This document shows positions 39,490 through 49,915 of a stretch of DNA of 64,000 nt, piece by piece. The notes under the pieces were generated by a model, which was not told where the DNA came from, searched no databases, and was given only the letters and a program-made list of their open reading frames with translations. Every line of letters starts with the position of its first letter. Position 1 is the first letter of the stretch. The DNA is from an uncultured Geobacter sp. (GTDB taxonomy: Bacteria; Desulfobacterota; Desulfuromonadia; Geobacterales; CAIOGM01), in contig CAIUWK010000102.1 in assembly GCA_903902855.1 (NCBI GenBank), positions 21,496 through 85,495 of the forward strand, written 5' to 3'. The position numbers and the translations under genes were made by a program.

Positions 39490-40494
39490 CTACATGATGA
39501 GCATCGCCGCCACCTGCTCCTCGCCGTAGTCGTTCCCCACGACAATCTCTTGCTCCCCGCCGTCGCGGATGACCAGAATCCGGCACTGAATCCCCGCTTC
39601 CGCCCTGGTATAGCGGATGAGGATCTTCGCGGCTCTCCCCAGCAGCTCGTCGTCCGCCTCCCCCACCACCACCCCCATGGGGCTCCCCCCGTCCAGCCAG
39701 CGAAGATAAACCATGCCGGGGCGGGCGGCCTCCTCCAGGAGTCGGTTATTCTCCTCGTTGCGCCCCACGATGAGCTTGACGGTAGGACTCAGCCGGAAGT
39801 GACGCCCCAGCCGGAGGAGCCGGAAATCCAGGGGGTCCATAACCTGATTATGGGCGAAGAGGTCGCGGATCTTCCCCTGAAAAGAAAGCTCGGTGAGAAG
39901 GCATCCCCCCGCCGGAGAGGGGTAATCCTCCATTCCCAGCTCCTTTGCCAGATGCATCTGCACCTTGCGGGAACGACCGGTAATGCCGAAGAGTTTTTCC
40001 CGGTCCACCCATCCCTCCTGTTCCGGAATCGTGGGGGGAAGAAAGCGGGCCGACAGGGGGCGGAGGAGCAGACCGATGAGACCGCTCTCCCGCTCCACCA
40101 CCCGGAGGGTATCCTTGCGCTGGCTCATGGGGCGCTGCCCCAGAACCTCGCCGCTGACCACAAAATCGGCGCCGTACTCCGCCATCAGCCCCTTGGCCAC
40201 CCGGAACATCCAGGCGTGACAATCCACACAGGGATTCACCGCCTTGCCGTAGCCATGGTTGGGGTCGCGGAGCATATTCAGGTACTCCTCCCCCAAGTGA
40301 TGGACCACCAGCGGAACCCCCAGGGCAGCAGCAGCCCGTCGGGCGTTATACTTCCCCGTGGCTTCATCTCCGGAGCCGAAGAAGGGTGAGGTGAAGTGAA
40401 GGGCAATGACGTCGATCCCCTGGTTCTGCATCAGCCGTGCCGAGAGTTGCGAATCGAGTCCCCCAGAAAATAGGACGATGGCTGCGTGTGCGAT
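39490..40494 (-). CDS. PP-loop tRNA thiouridylase-like protein (ThiI/MnmA-like), probable ATC start
   Basis: 'LFSGGLDS' lies upstream of the first ATG (40431); 'NPCVDC','SGEVLGQRPMSQ','PAGGCLLT','GRHFRL','VGRNEEEN'. Confidence 0.85.
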   Translation of the reverse strand: MAHAAIVLFSGGLDSQLSARLMQNQGIDVIALHFTSPFFGSGDEATGKYNARRAAAALGVPLVVHHLGEEYLNMLRDPNHGYGKAVNPCVDCHAWMFRVAKGLMAEYGADFVVSGEVLGQRPMSQRKDTLRVVERESGLIGLLLRPLSARFLPPTIPEQEGWVDREKLFGITGRSRKVQMHLAKELGMEDYPSPAGGCLLTELSFQGKIRDLFAHNQVMDPLDFRLLRLGRHFRLSPTVKLIVGRNEENNRLLEEAARPGMVYLRWLDGGSPMGVVVGEADDELLGRAAKILIRYTRAEAGIQCRILVIRDGGEQEIVVGNDYGEEQVAAMLIM

Positions 40495-40678
40495 GGGTTC
40501 CTCCTGCGCCGGAGCGCCTGTTTTTATATGGTCGGCATGCTACCACACACCGTCGCTAGCTGTAAAGAAAGGGGGAGCACCCCGTTCAGGATGACAGGTT
40601 TCTTTTGACGAATCAGATCGCACGTGATTTACTGATCCCAGGGGTTTCAACGGAATCCGGAGCAGGAAGGAGGAACGT

Positions 40679-42304
40679 ATGAGCCAATGGGTCACCGAGG
40701 GATCGCTGGGGGCTATTCTCTATAACTCCCGGATCATTACCGAGACGGATATCCAAAAAGGATTGACCGAGCAGGAACGGCTGGGATGCCGGTTCGGCGA
40801 GGCGCTAGTCCGTCTGGGGATCGTCACCGGCGAGGATATCAACTGGGCGCTCTCCCATCATCTGGATATTCCGTATATCCGGCTGAACCGGGAAACAATG
40901 GGGCCCGATGCCGCGACCCTTCTCCCCGAACGGATCGCCCGTCACCATGGGGTCGTTCCGTTAATCCGCACCGACGATGAGCTGCGGGTCGCCTTCAGGG
41001 ATCCGCTGGACCGGGTGGCGCTCCAGGAGATCGCGGCACTCTGCAACTGTAGCGTGACCATCGCCATTGCCGACGCAAGCGATATCCGGGAGATGCAGGA
41101 GTATCTGTACGGACCTGAACCCAAAGGGGGGTTCGGACTCCTCTCCTGTGTGGCCACGGCGGATGAAGCCGCCGCCATCATCGCCGATCCCGCGGGGGAA
41201 TCTTTTCTCCAGTGGCTCCTCTCGCTCCTTGTCCGGCAGGGGTATTGTTCGATTACGCTGGCCCCCCTGGCCGGCGTGGGGGTGCTCACCGGACGTCAGG
41301 GGTCCGCTCCCCGGGAGTTGGGACGGCTTACGGTGGACGCCTCCGACCGACTGGTGGCCCTGCTTCGCCAGCAAGGAGAGCTGTGCAAAAATTCGTCGGG
41401 TGCAGAGAGCGGCAGCCTCGAATATCTCCATGAAAACGTACTGTTGGCGATTCGGGTTGATCTGCTCAGGGGAGCGTCAGGCCGGATGGTTACCCTCAAA
41501 TCACCGGAACTCACCCAGGGAGCGCCGTTCCCGCCGGAGCTGGTCCCCCTTATCCGGGAGATGACACAACGTCCCGGTCTGGTGATGGTATCGCTTCCCA
41601 TTCAAGAGATGCGAAGCATGATGGAGCTTCTCATAAATTCGCACGGTTCCGGAGAGGAACAGACTCTCCTTCTGGGGGAGGGAAACAAGACGCTCCGGGA
41701 GATGGTTCCCTGCATCCCCCTGAATGCTCTCTCACCGGAAGAGAGCGAAGCGGTTGTGACCGCAGCCCAGGAGCATGAGCCGGAGCTGCTGCTCCTGGAA
41801 TATGCCGGCGACATCCGTTCCCTCCACGCCGCGGCCCGGGCCTCCCTTGGCGGAGTCCGGGTCGTGGCCGGAACCGGCGCGGGAATCGCCGAAACCTTTG
41901 CCCTGCTCTGCACGGCATGGCACCGCCACCTCATCCCCTCATCCCTGCGCGGTATCGTCGTCGGGGCGACCGTCACCACCCTCTGCCCCTCCTGTGCAGA
42001 AACGCTCCACTTCAAGCCCCAGGAGATCACCCGACTACGGCTCCCGGCTTCGGCATCGGGGTATCGTCATGCCACGGGGTGTGCAGCCTGTGCCTTTACC
42101 GGCAAGGATGGGACGCGGCTCCTGGTGGAGGTGATCCCCTGCGACCGGATGCTCACCGACCTCCTGGAGAGCTGTAAGAACGGTGATGACGTTGCTGCAG
42201 GATTGGCGCAACAAGGGGATCACACGGTGCAGAAGCAGGCGGCTCGACTCCTTCTGGGGGGAGAAATCTCCCCGGATACATATCTCAAGGCGGTCACGGC
42301 GTAA
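40679..42304 (+). CDS. PilB/GspE-like protein with MshEN-type N-terminus and degenerate ATPase domain
   Basis: 'SLGAIL...RFGEALVRLGIV', GSPII N-domain ('AFRDPLD'), Zn motif 'CPSC...GCAAC'; no GxxGxGKT. Confidence 0.8.
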   Translation: MSQWVTEGSLGAILYNSRIITETDIQKGLTEQERLGCRFGEALVRLGIVTGEDINWALSHHLDIPYIRLNRETMGPDAATLLPERIARHHGVVPLIRTDDELRVAFRDPLDRVALQEIAALCNCSVTIAIADASDIREMQEYLYGPEPKGGFGLLSCVATADEAAAIIADPAGESFLQWLLSLLVRQGYCSITLAPLAGVGVLTGRQGSAPRELGRLTVDASDRLVALLRQQGELCKNSSGAESGSLEYLHENVLLAIRVDLLRGASGRMVTLKSPELTQGAPFPPELVPLIREMTQRPGLVMVSLPIQEMRSMMELLINSHGSGEEQTLLLGEGNKTLREMVPCIPLNALSPEESEAVVTAAQEHEPELLLLEYAGDIRSLHAAARASLGGVRVVAGTGAGIAETFALLCTAWHRHLIPSSLRGIVVGATVTTLCPSCAETLHFKPQEITRLRLPASASGYRHATGCAACAFTGKDGTRLLVEVIPCDRMLTDLLESCKNGDDVAAGLAQQGDHTVQKQAARLLLGGEISPDTYLKAVTA

Positions 42305-42365
42305 GGGGAGAAGATGCACTCCTCACTGGACGAACCGAAAACCCAACATCTTCAGGAGTTGTGAC

Positions 42366-43445
42366 ATGGCACGCATCGACGAACTGTTCAGGATGATGAA
42401 GGAGCAGGGGGCCTCCGATCTGCACCTTTCCACCAGTGCTCCCCCCATCTTTCGCCTCCATGGCGATCTGGAACCGCTGGATTTCAAGCCGCTCACCCAT
42501 GAAGAGCTCAAGGAGATCATCTATGAGATCCTGACTGAAAAACAGATTCGGGAGTTCGAGCAGCGCCACGACCTGGACTTCGCCTACTCGGTGCCGGATC
42601 TCGCCCGGTTCCGGGGGAACATCCTCATGCAGCATAAGGGGATCGCCGCGGTCTTCCGGATCATTCCCAGCAAGATTCTCTCCGTGGAGGAGTTGGGGCT
42701 CCCTGAAGGAGTGACGAGATTCACCCAACTCAAGAAGGGGTTGATCCTCGTCACCGGCCCCACCGGATCGGGCAAATCCACCACCCTGGCCGCCATGATC
42801 GACCACATCAACAACACCCGGAAAGATCACATCCTTACCCTGGAAGACCCCCTGGAATTCATCCATGAGAACAAGCAGTCGCTCTTCAACCAGCGGCAGA
42901 TCGGCGAGCACTCGGACAGCTTCACCGCGGCCCTGCGGGCAGCACTTCGCGAGGACCCGGATGTCATCCTCGTGGGAGAAATGCGCGATCTGGAGACCAT
43001 CAGCCTGGCCATGACCGCCGCCGAAACCGGCCATCTGGTCTTCGGCACCCTCCATACCAACTCGGCAGCCAAGACCATCGACCGGATCATCGACGCCTTC
43101 CCCCGGGACGGCCAAGCGCAGATCCGGACCATGCTCTCCGAGTCGCTGAAGGGGGTCATCTGCCAGCAGCTCCTCAAAACTGCCGGCGGCAAGGGACGGG
43201 TGGCAGCCCTGGAGATCCTGGTGGGAACCCCGGCCATCGCCAACCTGATCCGGGAGGGAAAGACCTTTCAGATACCCTCCATCATCCAGACCGCCCGCAG
43301 GGACGGGATGCAGCTCATGGACCAGCATCTGCTGGATCTCCTCAAAAACAAACAGATAACCCCCGAGGAAGCACATCGCTGCGCCAGCGAGAAGAAACAG
43401 TTTGAACAGTTTCTCCCCCCGGCGGCACGTCCGGCCATGCAATGA
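42366..43445 (+). CDS. pilT: Type IV pilus retraction ATPase PilT family
   Basis: 'GASDLHL','VTGPTGSGKSTT','LEDPLE','ALREDPDVILVGEMRD','GHLVFGTLHT','AIANLIRE'. Confidence 0.95.
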   Translation: MARIDELFRMMKEQGASDLHLSTSAPPIFRLHGDLEPLDFKPLTHEELKEIIYEILTEKQIREFEQRHDLDFAYSVPDLARFRGNILMQHKGIAAVFRIIPSKILSVEELGLPEGVTRFTQLKKGLILVTGPTGSGKSTTLAAMIDHINNTRKDHILTLEDPLEFIHENKQSLFNQRQIGEHSDSFTAALRAALREDPDVILVGEMRDLETISLAMTAAETGHLVFGTLHTNSAAKTIDRIIDAFPRDGQAQIRTMLSESLKGVICQQLLKTAGGKGRVAALEILVGTPAIANLIREGKTFQIPSIIQTARRDGMQLMDQHLLDLLKNKQITPEEAHRCASEKKQFEQFLPPAARPAMQ

Positions 43446-43474
43446 AAAAACTCACACCCTTCACTCGACACTGA

Positions 43475-45301
43475 ATGCATCACGGCGGACTCCACGAAGA
43501 CGACATCGCCGGAAAGGCCTATGACCGGCGGCTCATGGGCCGGTTCCTGGGGTACCTGCGCCCGCACCTGAGAAGCATCCTCTCCGTCCTGCTGCTGCTG
43601 CCACCCATCGCCGGGGCCAAGCTGCTGCAGCCCTATATCGTCAAGATCGCCATCGATAACCATATCGTCACCGGCAACATGAACGGGCTTCCGGGGCTGG
43701 CGCTCCTCTTTCTGCTCCTCATCTTCGGCGAATCGCTCCTCACCTATGCCGAACTCTACCTCCTCCAGCGGGTGGGGCAGCAGGTGATGTTCCGGTTCCG
43801 GGAAGAGCTCTTCACCCACCTCCAGAAACTCTCCCTCTCCTTCTTCGACCGGACCCCGGCAGGAGGGCTCGTAACCCGTCTCACCAGCGACGTGGAGGTC
43901 CTGGGGGAGATGTTCGCCGCCGGGATCATCACCATCGTGGGCGACCTCCTGCTCCTGACCGGCATCGTCGGCGTCATGCTCTGGATGAACCCCAAACTCT
44001 CTCTGGTCACCTTCTCGGTGCTCCCCATCCTCTTTTTCGTAGTATTTCGCTTCCGTCGGCTCATGCGGGACGCTTTTCGCCAGGTCCGCTCCCAGTTGGC
44101 CCGCCTCAACTCCTTCCTGGCCGAGAGCATCGGCGGCATGGCGATTATCCAGCTCTTCAACCGGCAGGAGGGTGAACAAAGCCGTTTCACCCTGCTGAAC
44201 GCCGCCTACCGGGACGCCAACCGGCCGGTGATCGCCTGGGACGCCTCCCTCTACGCCCTGGTGGAGACCCTCTCCTCCGTTGCCGTGGGGCTCATCATCT
44301 GGTACGGTGGTGGGGAGATCGTCCGGGGGCATCTTACCTTCGGCGCCCTGGTGGCCTTCATCCAGTACAGCGAAAAGTTTTTCGGCCCCATCCGCGACCT
44401 TTCCTCAAAGTATTCGGTGATGCAGGGGGCCATGGCCGCCCTGGAGCGGATCTTCACCCTGCTGGATTCCAAAGAGTATCTGGCGGATGGTTCAAAAGAG
44501 CTACCCCCTCCCCTTCAAGCCTGTCCTGAGCTAAGTCGAAGGGGGGAGGGTCGGGGTGGGGATGGGGTAGATAGTGAGAAGATCGTGGAGTTCCGGGACG
44601 TCTGGTTCGCCTACCGGGACGAAGAGTACGTCCTCAAGGGGGTCTCTCTGACGCTGCGGCGAGGGGAGAAGCTGGCCATCGTGGGGGAGACCGGCGGCGG
44701 CAAGACCACCATCACCCGTCTCCTCTCCCGGCTGTATGAGATCCACCGGGGGAGCATCACCATCAACGGCGTGGAGATCCGGGAACTGCCGCTCAAGCTC
44801 CTCCGCTCCCGCATCGGCGTCGTCCTGCAGGAGCCGTTTCTCTTCACCGGGACCATTGCCTCCAACATCACCCTGGGAGATGAAGGGGCCGCTGCCAGGA
44901 TGGAGGAGGCGGCCAGAACCGTGGGAGCGGACCGGTTCATCAGCCGACTCCCCAAAGGGTATGAGGAAGAGGTCCGGGAACGGGGAAACAACTTCTCCGC
45001 CGGGGAGCGGCAGCTCATCTCCTTTGCCCGGGCCGTGGCCTTCGATCCGGAGATCCTGGTCCTGGACGAGGCGACCTCCAGTGTGGACTCGGCCAGCGAG
45101 CGGCTCATCCAGGAGGGGCTTGCCGGGCTCCTGGCCGGACGGACCTCCATCGTGGTGGCCCATCGCCTCTCCACCATCCGCGATGCGGACCGGATCATGG
45201 TCATCCATCATGGCGAGAAGCGGGAAGAGGGGAGTCATGAGGAGCTGATGGCGGCTCAGGGGCTCTACCACCGGCTCCACCGATTGCAGTTCAAGGGGTA
45301 G
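43475..45301 (+). CDS. ABC exporter, fused permease/ATPase (MdlB-like)
   Basis: TM domain, 'GETGGGKTT','FSAGERQL','ILVLDEATS','AHRLST'. Confidence 0.93.
   Translation: MHHGGLHEDDIAGKAYDRRLMGRFLGYLRPHLRSILSVLLLLPPIAGAKLLQPYIVKIAIDNHIVTGNMNGLPGLALLFLLLIFGESLLTYAELYLLQRVGQQVMFRFREELFTHLQKLSLSFFDRTPAGGLVTRLTSDVEVLGEMFAAGIITIVGDLLLLTGIVGVMLWMNPKLSLVTFSVLPILFFVVFRFRRLMRDAFRQVRSQLARLNSFLAESIGGMAIIQLFNRQEGEQSRFTLLNAAYRDANRPVIAWDASLYALVETLSSVAVGLIIWYGGGEIVRGHLTFGALVAFIQYSEKFFGPIRDLSSKYSVMQGAMAALERIFTLLDSKEYLADGSKELPPPLQACPELSRRGEGRGGDGVDSEKIVEFRDVWFAYRDEEYVLKGVSLTLRRGEKLAIVGETGGGKTTITRLLSRLYEIHRGSITINGVEIRELPLKLLRSRIGVVLQEPFLFTGTIASNITLGDEGAAARMEEAARTVGADRFISRLPKGYEEEVRERGNNFSAGERQLISFARAVAFDPEILVLDEATSSVDSASERLIQEGLAGLLAGRTSIVVAHRLSTIRDADRIMVIHHGEKREEGSHEELMAAQGLYHRLHRLQFKG
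44501..44570. repeat. Nested REP-like elements (family B inside family A), in frame in the ABC exporter linker
   Basis: CTACCCCCTCCCCTTCAA-[GCCTGTCCTGAGCTAAGTCGAAG]-GGGGGAGGGTCGGGGTGGGGATGGGGTAG; peptide LPPPLQACPELSRRGEGRGGDG. Confidence 0.75.
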
Positions 45302-45327
45302 TAATGGAATCAGGGAGGAAAACTCAT

Positions 45328-46191
45328 ATGATTCTCCGCAAATTCAAAGGAGCGTTGCTCCTGTCACTCTCCCTCATGCTCGGCGCCTGCGCCACACTCC
45401 CCCCCCCCCCGACGCCGGTGCCGAGGCCCACGAAGGTCGCTCTGGTTCTGGGAGCCGGCGCCGCCAAGGGATTCGCCCATATCGGCGTGTTGAAGGTGCT
45501 GGAAGCCCAGAAGGTCCCCATCAACATGATCGTGGGGACCAGCGTGGGGAGCTTTGTGGGGAGTCTCTATGCTGCCGGTTACGACGCCTTTGCCCTGCAG
45601 AAAATCGCCCTCTCCCTGGATCGGTGGGATGTGGCGGAACTGACCCTTCCGGACAAGGGGTTTCTGAAGGGGGAGCGGTTACGGGACTTTATCAACAGCA
45701 AGGTCAAGGGGCTTCCTCTGGAGAAGCTGAAGATCCCCTTTTATGCGGTGGCCACGGATATCAGAACCGGTGAAGAGGCGGTCTTCGCCAATGGAAACAC
45801 GGGGATGGCGGTGCAGGCCAGCTGTGCCATTCCCGGGGTTTTTCAGCCGGCAACTTTTTCCGGCCACAGCTACGTGGATGGCGGCGTGGTGAATCCTCTG
45901 GCCATTGATGTGGCCCGGAGGCATGGCGCAGACATGGTCATCGCCGTGGACATCACCGCCGGTATTGATCAGAAGGTTCCCGCCGGCACCATGGAGACTA
46001 TCATGAAATCCATCGACATCATGTACAACAGGATCTCCCAGCTCACCATCGCTCAGGCGGATCTGGTGATAAAACCCATGGTGAGTCTGCTGGGCGCTGC
46101 GGATTTTTCTCAACGGAATGAGGCGATCATGGAGGGAGAGCGGGCAGCCATGGCGGCGATGCCCAGGATCAACGAGCTACTGAAGCGGTAA
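45328..46191 (+). CDS. Patatin-like phospholipase, probable lipoprotein
   Basis: GGAGG RBS, lipobox 'LGAC','LGAGAAKGFAHIG','GTSVG','DGG'. Confidence 0.9.
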   Translation: MILRKFKGALLLSLSLMLGACATLPPPPTPVPRPTKVALVLGAGAAKGFAHIGVLKVLEAQKVPINMIVGTSVGSFVGSLYAAGYDAFALQKIALSLDRWDVAELTLPDKGFLKGERLRDFINSKVKGLPLEKLKIPFYAVATDIRTGEEAVFANGNTGMAVQASCAIPGVFQPATFSGHSYVDGGVVNPLAIDVARRHGADMVIAVDITAGIDQKVPAGTMETIMKSIDIMYNRISQLTIAQADLVIKPMVSLLGAADFSQRNEAIMEGERAAMAAMPRINELLKR

Positions 46192-46221
46192 CGACCGGTA
46201 GATACACAAAGGAGGCAACAA

Positions 46222-46782
46222 ATGAATACCCTGGAAGCGATCAAAACAAGAAGAAGCGTCCGCAAGTTCTCGGACAAGCCGGTGGAGCCGGAAAAACTCC
46301 AGGCGGTGCTGGAGGCGGCGCAACAGGCCCCCTCATGGGCCAACATGCAGTGCTGGCGGTTTGTGGTGGTGACCGACCCGGCGGTGAAGGAGCGGATCAG
46401 CGACCTCTCCTACGTGGAGGCGTTCTTCGCCACCCGGGGGTACAAGAGCAATCCCGCCCAGAAGGCCCTGGCCGAGGCGCCGGTGGTCATCGTCGCCTGC
46501 GCCGATCCCACCGAATCGGGAACCCTGCGGGGGCAGCAGTACTATCTCACGGATATGGGGATCGCCGGGGAGAACCTGATGCTGGCGGCCCATGAGGTGG
46601 GACTGGCCAGCGTCTTCGTGGGGGTCTTCGAGGAGGAAGAGCTGGGGGAACTGCTGGAGATACCGCCGGACATCCGGATCGTGGGACTCTTCCCTCTGGG
46701 TTATCCCCTGGGTGAAGTCAAAGGGGGCCCGACACGCCGACCGCTGGAACAGATCGTACATTACGAGAAATGGAAAAGTTAA
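46222..46782 (+). CDS. Nitroreductase family protein
   Basis: '[11 protein letters not shown]','[15 protein letters not shown]','NLMLAA','PLGYP'. Confidence 0.92.
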   Translation: MNTLEAIKTRRSVRKFSDKPVEPEKLQAVLEAAQQAPSWANMQCWRFVVVTDPAVKERISDLSYVEAFFATRGYKSNPAQKALAEAPVVIVACADPTESGTLRGQQYYLTDMGIAGENLMLAAHEVGLASVFVGVFEEEELGELLEIPPDIRIVGLFPLGYPLGEVKGGPTRRPLEQIVHYEKWKS

Positions 46783-46791
46783 AAGTGAGCA

Positions 46792-48735
46792 ATGGCCGGT
46801 ATCCGTAATTCACAATTCACAATTCGCAATAGATCCCTCGTCGCCGGCACTGCCGGGCATATCGACCATGGCAAGACGAGCCTGGTAAAAGCCCTCACCG
46901 GCGTCGATACCGACCGACTCAAGGAGGAGAAGGTCCGGGGGATCACCATCGAACTGGGCTTTGCCCATCTGGAACTCCCCGACGGTGTCACTCTGGGGAT
47001 CGTGGATGTGCCGGGACATGAACGGTTCATCCGGACCATGGTGGCGGGGGCCGGTGGGATCGATATGGTCATGCTGGTCATCGCCGCCGACGAGGGGGTC
47101 ATGCCCCAGACCCGGGAACACATGGAGATCTGCCGGCTCCTGGGGGTCAAACGAGGGATCGTGGTCCTGACCAAGCGTGATCTGGTGGATCAAGAGTGGC
47201 TGGAGCTGGTGACCGAGGAGCTCCGGGAGTACCTTGCCGGAAGTTTTCTTGAGGGAGCTGCCATCATCCCTCTCTCCAGCCGCACCGGAGAAGGTCTTCC
47301 CGCACTCCGGGAGGAACTGGGGCGCCTCGCCCGCCAGGAGCCGGAACGGGAGCATGCCGGCCCGTTCCGGCTCCCGGTGGACCGGATCTTCACCGTACCG
47401 GGATTCGGCGCCGTGGTCACCGGCACCCTCTGGTCGGGAAGCATCCGGGTGGGAGATCCGGTGGAGCTTCTCCCCTCGGGACGGACGGGACGGGTCCGCG
47501 GCATCCAGGTCTACGGCCGGCAGGAGGAGCAGGGGGTTGCCGGCCAGCGGGTAGCGGTGAACCTCCAAGGGATAGATCATCACCATATCCGGCACGGGGA
47601 GACCCTGGCCCCCCCCGCAGCCTTCGGCAGCACCCGCACCCTGGATATCCGGCTGGAGCTCCTCCCTTCGGCTCGGGAACTTAAACATCGAAGCACGGTG
47701 CGGCTTCACAGCGGCACCGCCGACTCCCCGGCCCAGGTGATCCTCCCGGACCGGGAGTCACTCCGTCCCGGGGAATCGGCAGCGGCCCAGCTCAGGTTGC
47801 GAACCCCCCTGCTCCTCCTTCCCGGTGATCCCTTTGTCCTGCGCTGCCACTCCCCCGCCACAACCATCGGAGGGGGGCGGGTGCTGGACCCGGCCCCCCC
47901 CCGAAGACGACGGAGGAGCAAGGAGGCGCTGGAACTCCTGGCGGCCCTGGACGGCGATAACGCCGAGGAAAAGATCCGGCTCCTGACTCGGGAAAGCCGG
48001 TTAAGCGGGATCTCCACCGCGGAGATTTCCCTGCGCAGCGGCTGCGGCGGCGGGTTGCTGGAGGGGGCGCTGGGAAGAATTCTTGCCCGGGGGGAACTGG
48101 TTCAGGCTCTGAAAGAACCCCGCATCCTCCTGACTCGGGGGGACTTTGGTGCCCTGGAGGAGCTGCTTATGACGGCACTCATCGCCTACATGGCGGAGAA
48201 TCCGCTCCGGGATGGGATGGGGAAAGAGGAGCTGAAGGGACAACTCCCCACACGGAGTGATTCCCGGTTTTTCGGGGCGCTCCTGGCTGCGCTGGTAAAG
48301 GAAGGGAGGCTCCTCGTCCGGCGGGATCGGGTGAAACTGCCGTCAGCCGCGTCACACCCGGCGCCGGAGAGAGACGGTGTCTGTGACGCTCTGGAAACCG
48401 AACTCCGTCAAGGGGGGGGAGAACCACCCACGGTGAAGGAGTTGTGCCAACGGCTGAAGACGCCGGACAAACCTCTACGGGAGTACCTCGCCCTCCTCTC
48501 CAGAGAGGGACGGGCCGTCAGGGTGAGCGGCGACCTCTACTATGCCCCGGCAGCGCTGGCCATCCTGCATGACAAGCTCACCCTCTTCCTGAGAGAGGAG
48601 GGAGAGATCAACCCGACCGGTTTCCGCAACCTGAGCGGCCTCTCCCGCAAGTTCATGATCCCGCTCCTGGAATACTTCGACAACATCAAGCTAACCATCC
48701 GCGTGGGTGATGTCCGGCGTCTCCGGCGAGGGTAA
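46792..48735 (+). CDS. selB: Selenocysteine-specific elongation factor SelB
   Basis: '[11 protein letters not shown]','[17 protein letters not shown]','DVPGHE','TKRD'; winged-helix C-terminus '[14 protein letters not shown]'. Confidence 0.95.
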   Translation: MAGIRNSQFTIRNRSLVAGTAGHIDHGKTSLVKALTGVDTDRLKEEKVRGITIELGFAHLELPDGVTLGIVDVPGHERFIRTMVAGAGGIDMVMLVIAADEGVMPQTREHMEICRLLGVKRGIVVLTKRDLVDQEWLELVTEELREYLAGSFLEGAAIIPLSSRTGEGLPALREELGRLARQEPEREHAGPFRLPVDRIFTVPGFGAVVTGTLWSGSIRVGDPVELLPSGRTGRVRGIQVYGRQEEQGVAGQRVAVNLQGIDHHHIRHGETLAPPAAFGSTRTLDIRLELLPSARELKHRSTVRLHSGTADSPAQVILPDRESLRPGESAAAQLRLRTPLLLLPGDPFVLRCHSPATTIGGGRVLDPAPPRRRRRSKEALELLAALDGDNAEEKIRLLTRESRLSGISTAEISLRSGCGGGLLEGALGRILARGELVQALKEPRILLTRGDFGALEELLMTALIAYMAENPLRDGMGKEELKGQLPTRSDSRFFGALLAALVKEGRLLVRRDRVKLPSAASHPAPERDGVCDALETELRQGGGEPPTVKELCQRLKTPDKPLREYLALLSREGRAVRVSGDLYYAPAALAILHDKLTLFLREEGEINPTGFRNLSGLSRKFMIPLLEYFDNIKLTIRVGDVRRLRRG

Positions 48736-48766
48736 GCAGGAGGGATACATTGTACGGAGGTGAACC

Positions 48767-49915
48767 ATGCCCATTCTACATTCACTACTTTTCATAGTCA
48801 GTGACAATGCCACCGGAACGGCACTGGCCGATCTCCTGCCACAATGCCGCCGCCCCATGGAACTGAGCGTCACCGCTGTTTCTCTCCACGAAGGATTGAA
48901 ACGGCTCCGGTCGGACTCCCCACCTCAGGTGGTTATCCTGGAGGTACAATCCATTGCCCAGGGGATCAGGGATATTTCCGATATCTCCTCCATCGATCCC
49001 GAGATATTGATCATGGCGACCTCCATGGAGAAACGACCGAATTGGATAGTTACCCTGATCCGGGCCGGAATAGATGAATATCTGACCACACCCACCACCT
49101 TGGCGGCAATGGAAGATATCCTGGAGCGGGCAGCCCTGATGTTCGAACAGAAGGAGGGGACGACGGATGTAAGAGGAAAGGTGATCACCGTCTACAACCC
49201 CTCGGGAGGGATGGGAGCCACCACCATCGCGGTGAACCTGGCCTCGACTCTGGCAACCGGAGGGAAGAAGACGGCGCTGGTGGACCTCAATCCGTTCAGC
49301 AGCGACGTTGCCGCATTCCTGGACCTCACCCCGACATATACCATGAGCACTCTCCAGTTACCGGAAAGACGCATGAGCGCCGCTCACCTCACGGACATCA
49401 TGACCCTGCACAGTTCGGGGGTGCAGGTCCTCTGCGGAGCGAATGAAATCGACGTGACTCGGGAGACCACTCCGGAGCAGATCCGGAGCCTCCTGACCCT
49501 GATGAGAGGTCAGTTCGGCATGACGCTCATCGATGCCGCCGGCTCGCTGTCTCAGCGCAACCTGGAGATATTCAACGGCTCGGACCTCATTCTCTACCCG
49601 CTCCTCCTCACCCTGCCGGCCCTCAACAACGCCAGACGGTACCTGAACTCCCTGGAGTTCCACGGCTTCGGTCCCCGCCGGGTCAAGCTGGTGGTCAACA
49701 GGTATTTCCCCAGAGATGAGATCAAGCTCGCCGATGCGGAGAAGTTCCTGGAGAGAGAGATCTTCCGGACTATTCCCAACTCCTATGTGGAGATCAAGAA
49801 AGCCATCTACAAGGGAACACCCATGGCGACCTGCTACCCCCGTTCCCCCGTTACCAAGGCGCTTACCGAGTTGGCGAGGCTGGTCATGAGGGAGTTGTCA
49901 GGGGAAGAGAGCTAA
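48767..49915 (+). CDS. CpaE/TadZ-like pseudo-receiver + MinD-type ATPase
   Basis: Atypical REC, '[18 protein letters not shown]','LVDLN','LVVNRY'; overlaps the argC 3' end by 18 nt. Confidence 0.8.
   Translation: MPILHSLLFIVSDNATGTALADLLPQCRRPMELSVTAVSLHEGLKRLRSDSPPQVVILEVQSIAQGIRDISDISSIDPEILIMATSMEKRPNWIVTLIRAGIDEYLTTPTTLAAMEDILERAALMFEQKEGTTDVRGKVITVYNPSGGMGATTIAVNLASTLATGGKKTALVDLNPFSSDVAAFLDLTPTYTMSTLQLPERRMSAAHLTDIMTLHSSGVQVLCGANEIDVTRETTPEQIRSLLTLMRGQFGMTLIDAAGSLSQRNLEIFNGSDLILYPLLLTLPALNNARRYLNSLEFHGFGPRRVKLVVNRYFPRDEIKLADAEKFLEREIFRTIPNSYVEIKKAIYKGTPMATCYPRSPVTKALTELARLVMRELSGEES

Noticed and set aside
45398-45410. Other long homopolymers (patatin poly-C, pfaA near 32161, rpsI near 51346)
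   Set aside because: Reading frames are intact through them, so there is no evidence of slippage.
46792-48735. Selenoprotein genes near selB
   Set aside because: I found no in-frame TGA at a conserved Cys position and no selA, selC or selD in the window; a by-eye search could miss one.
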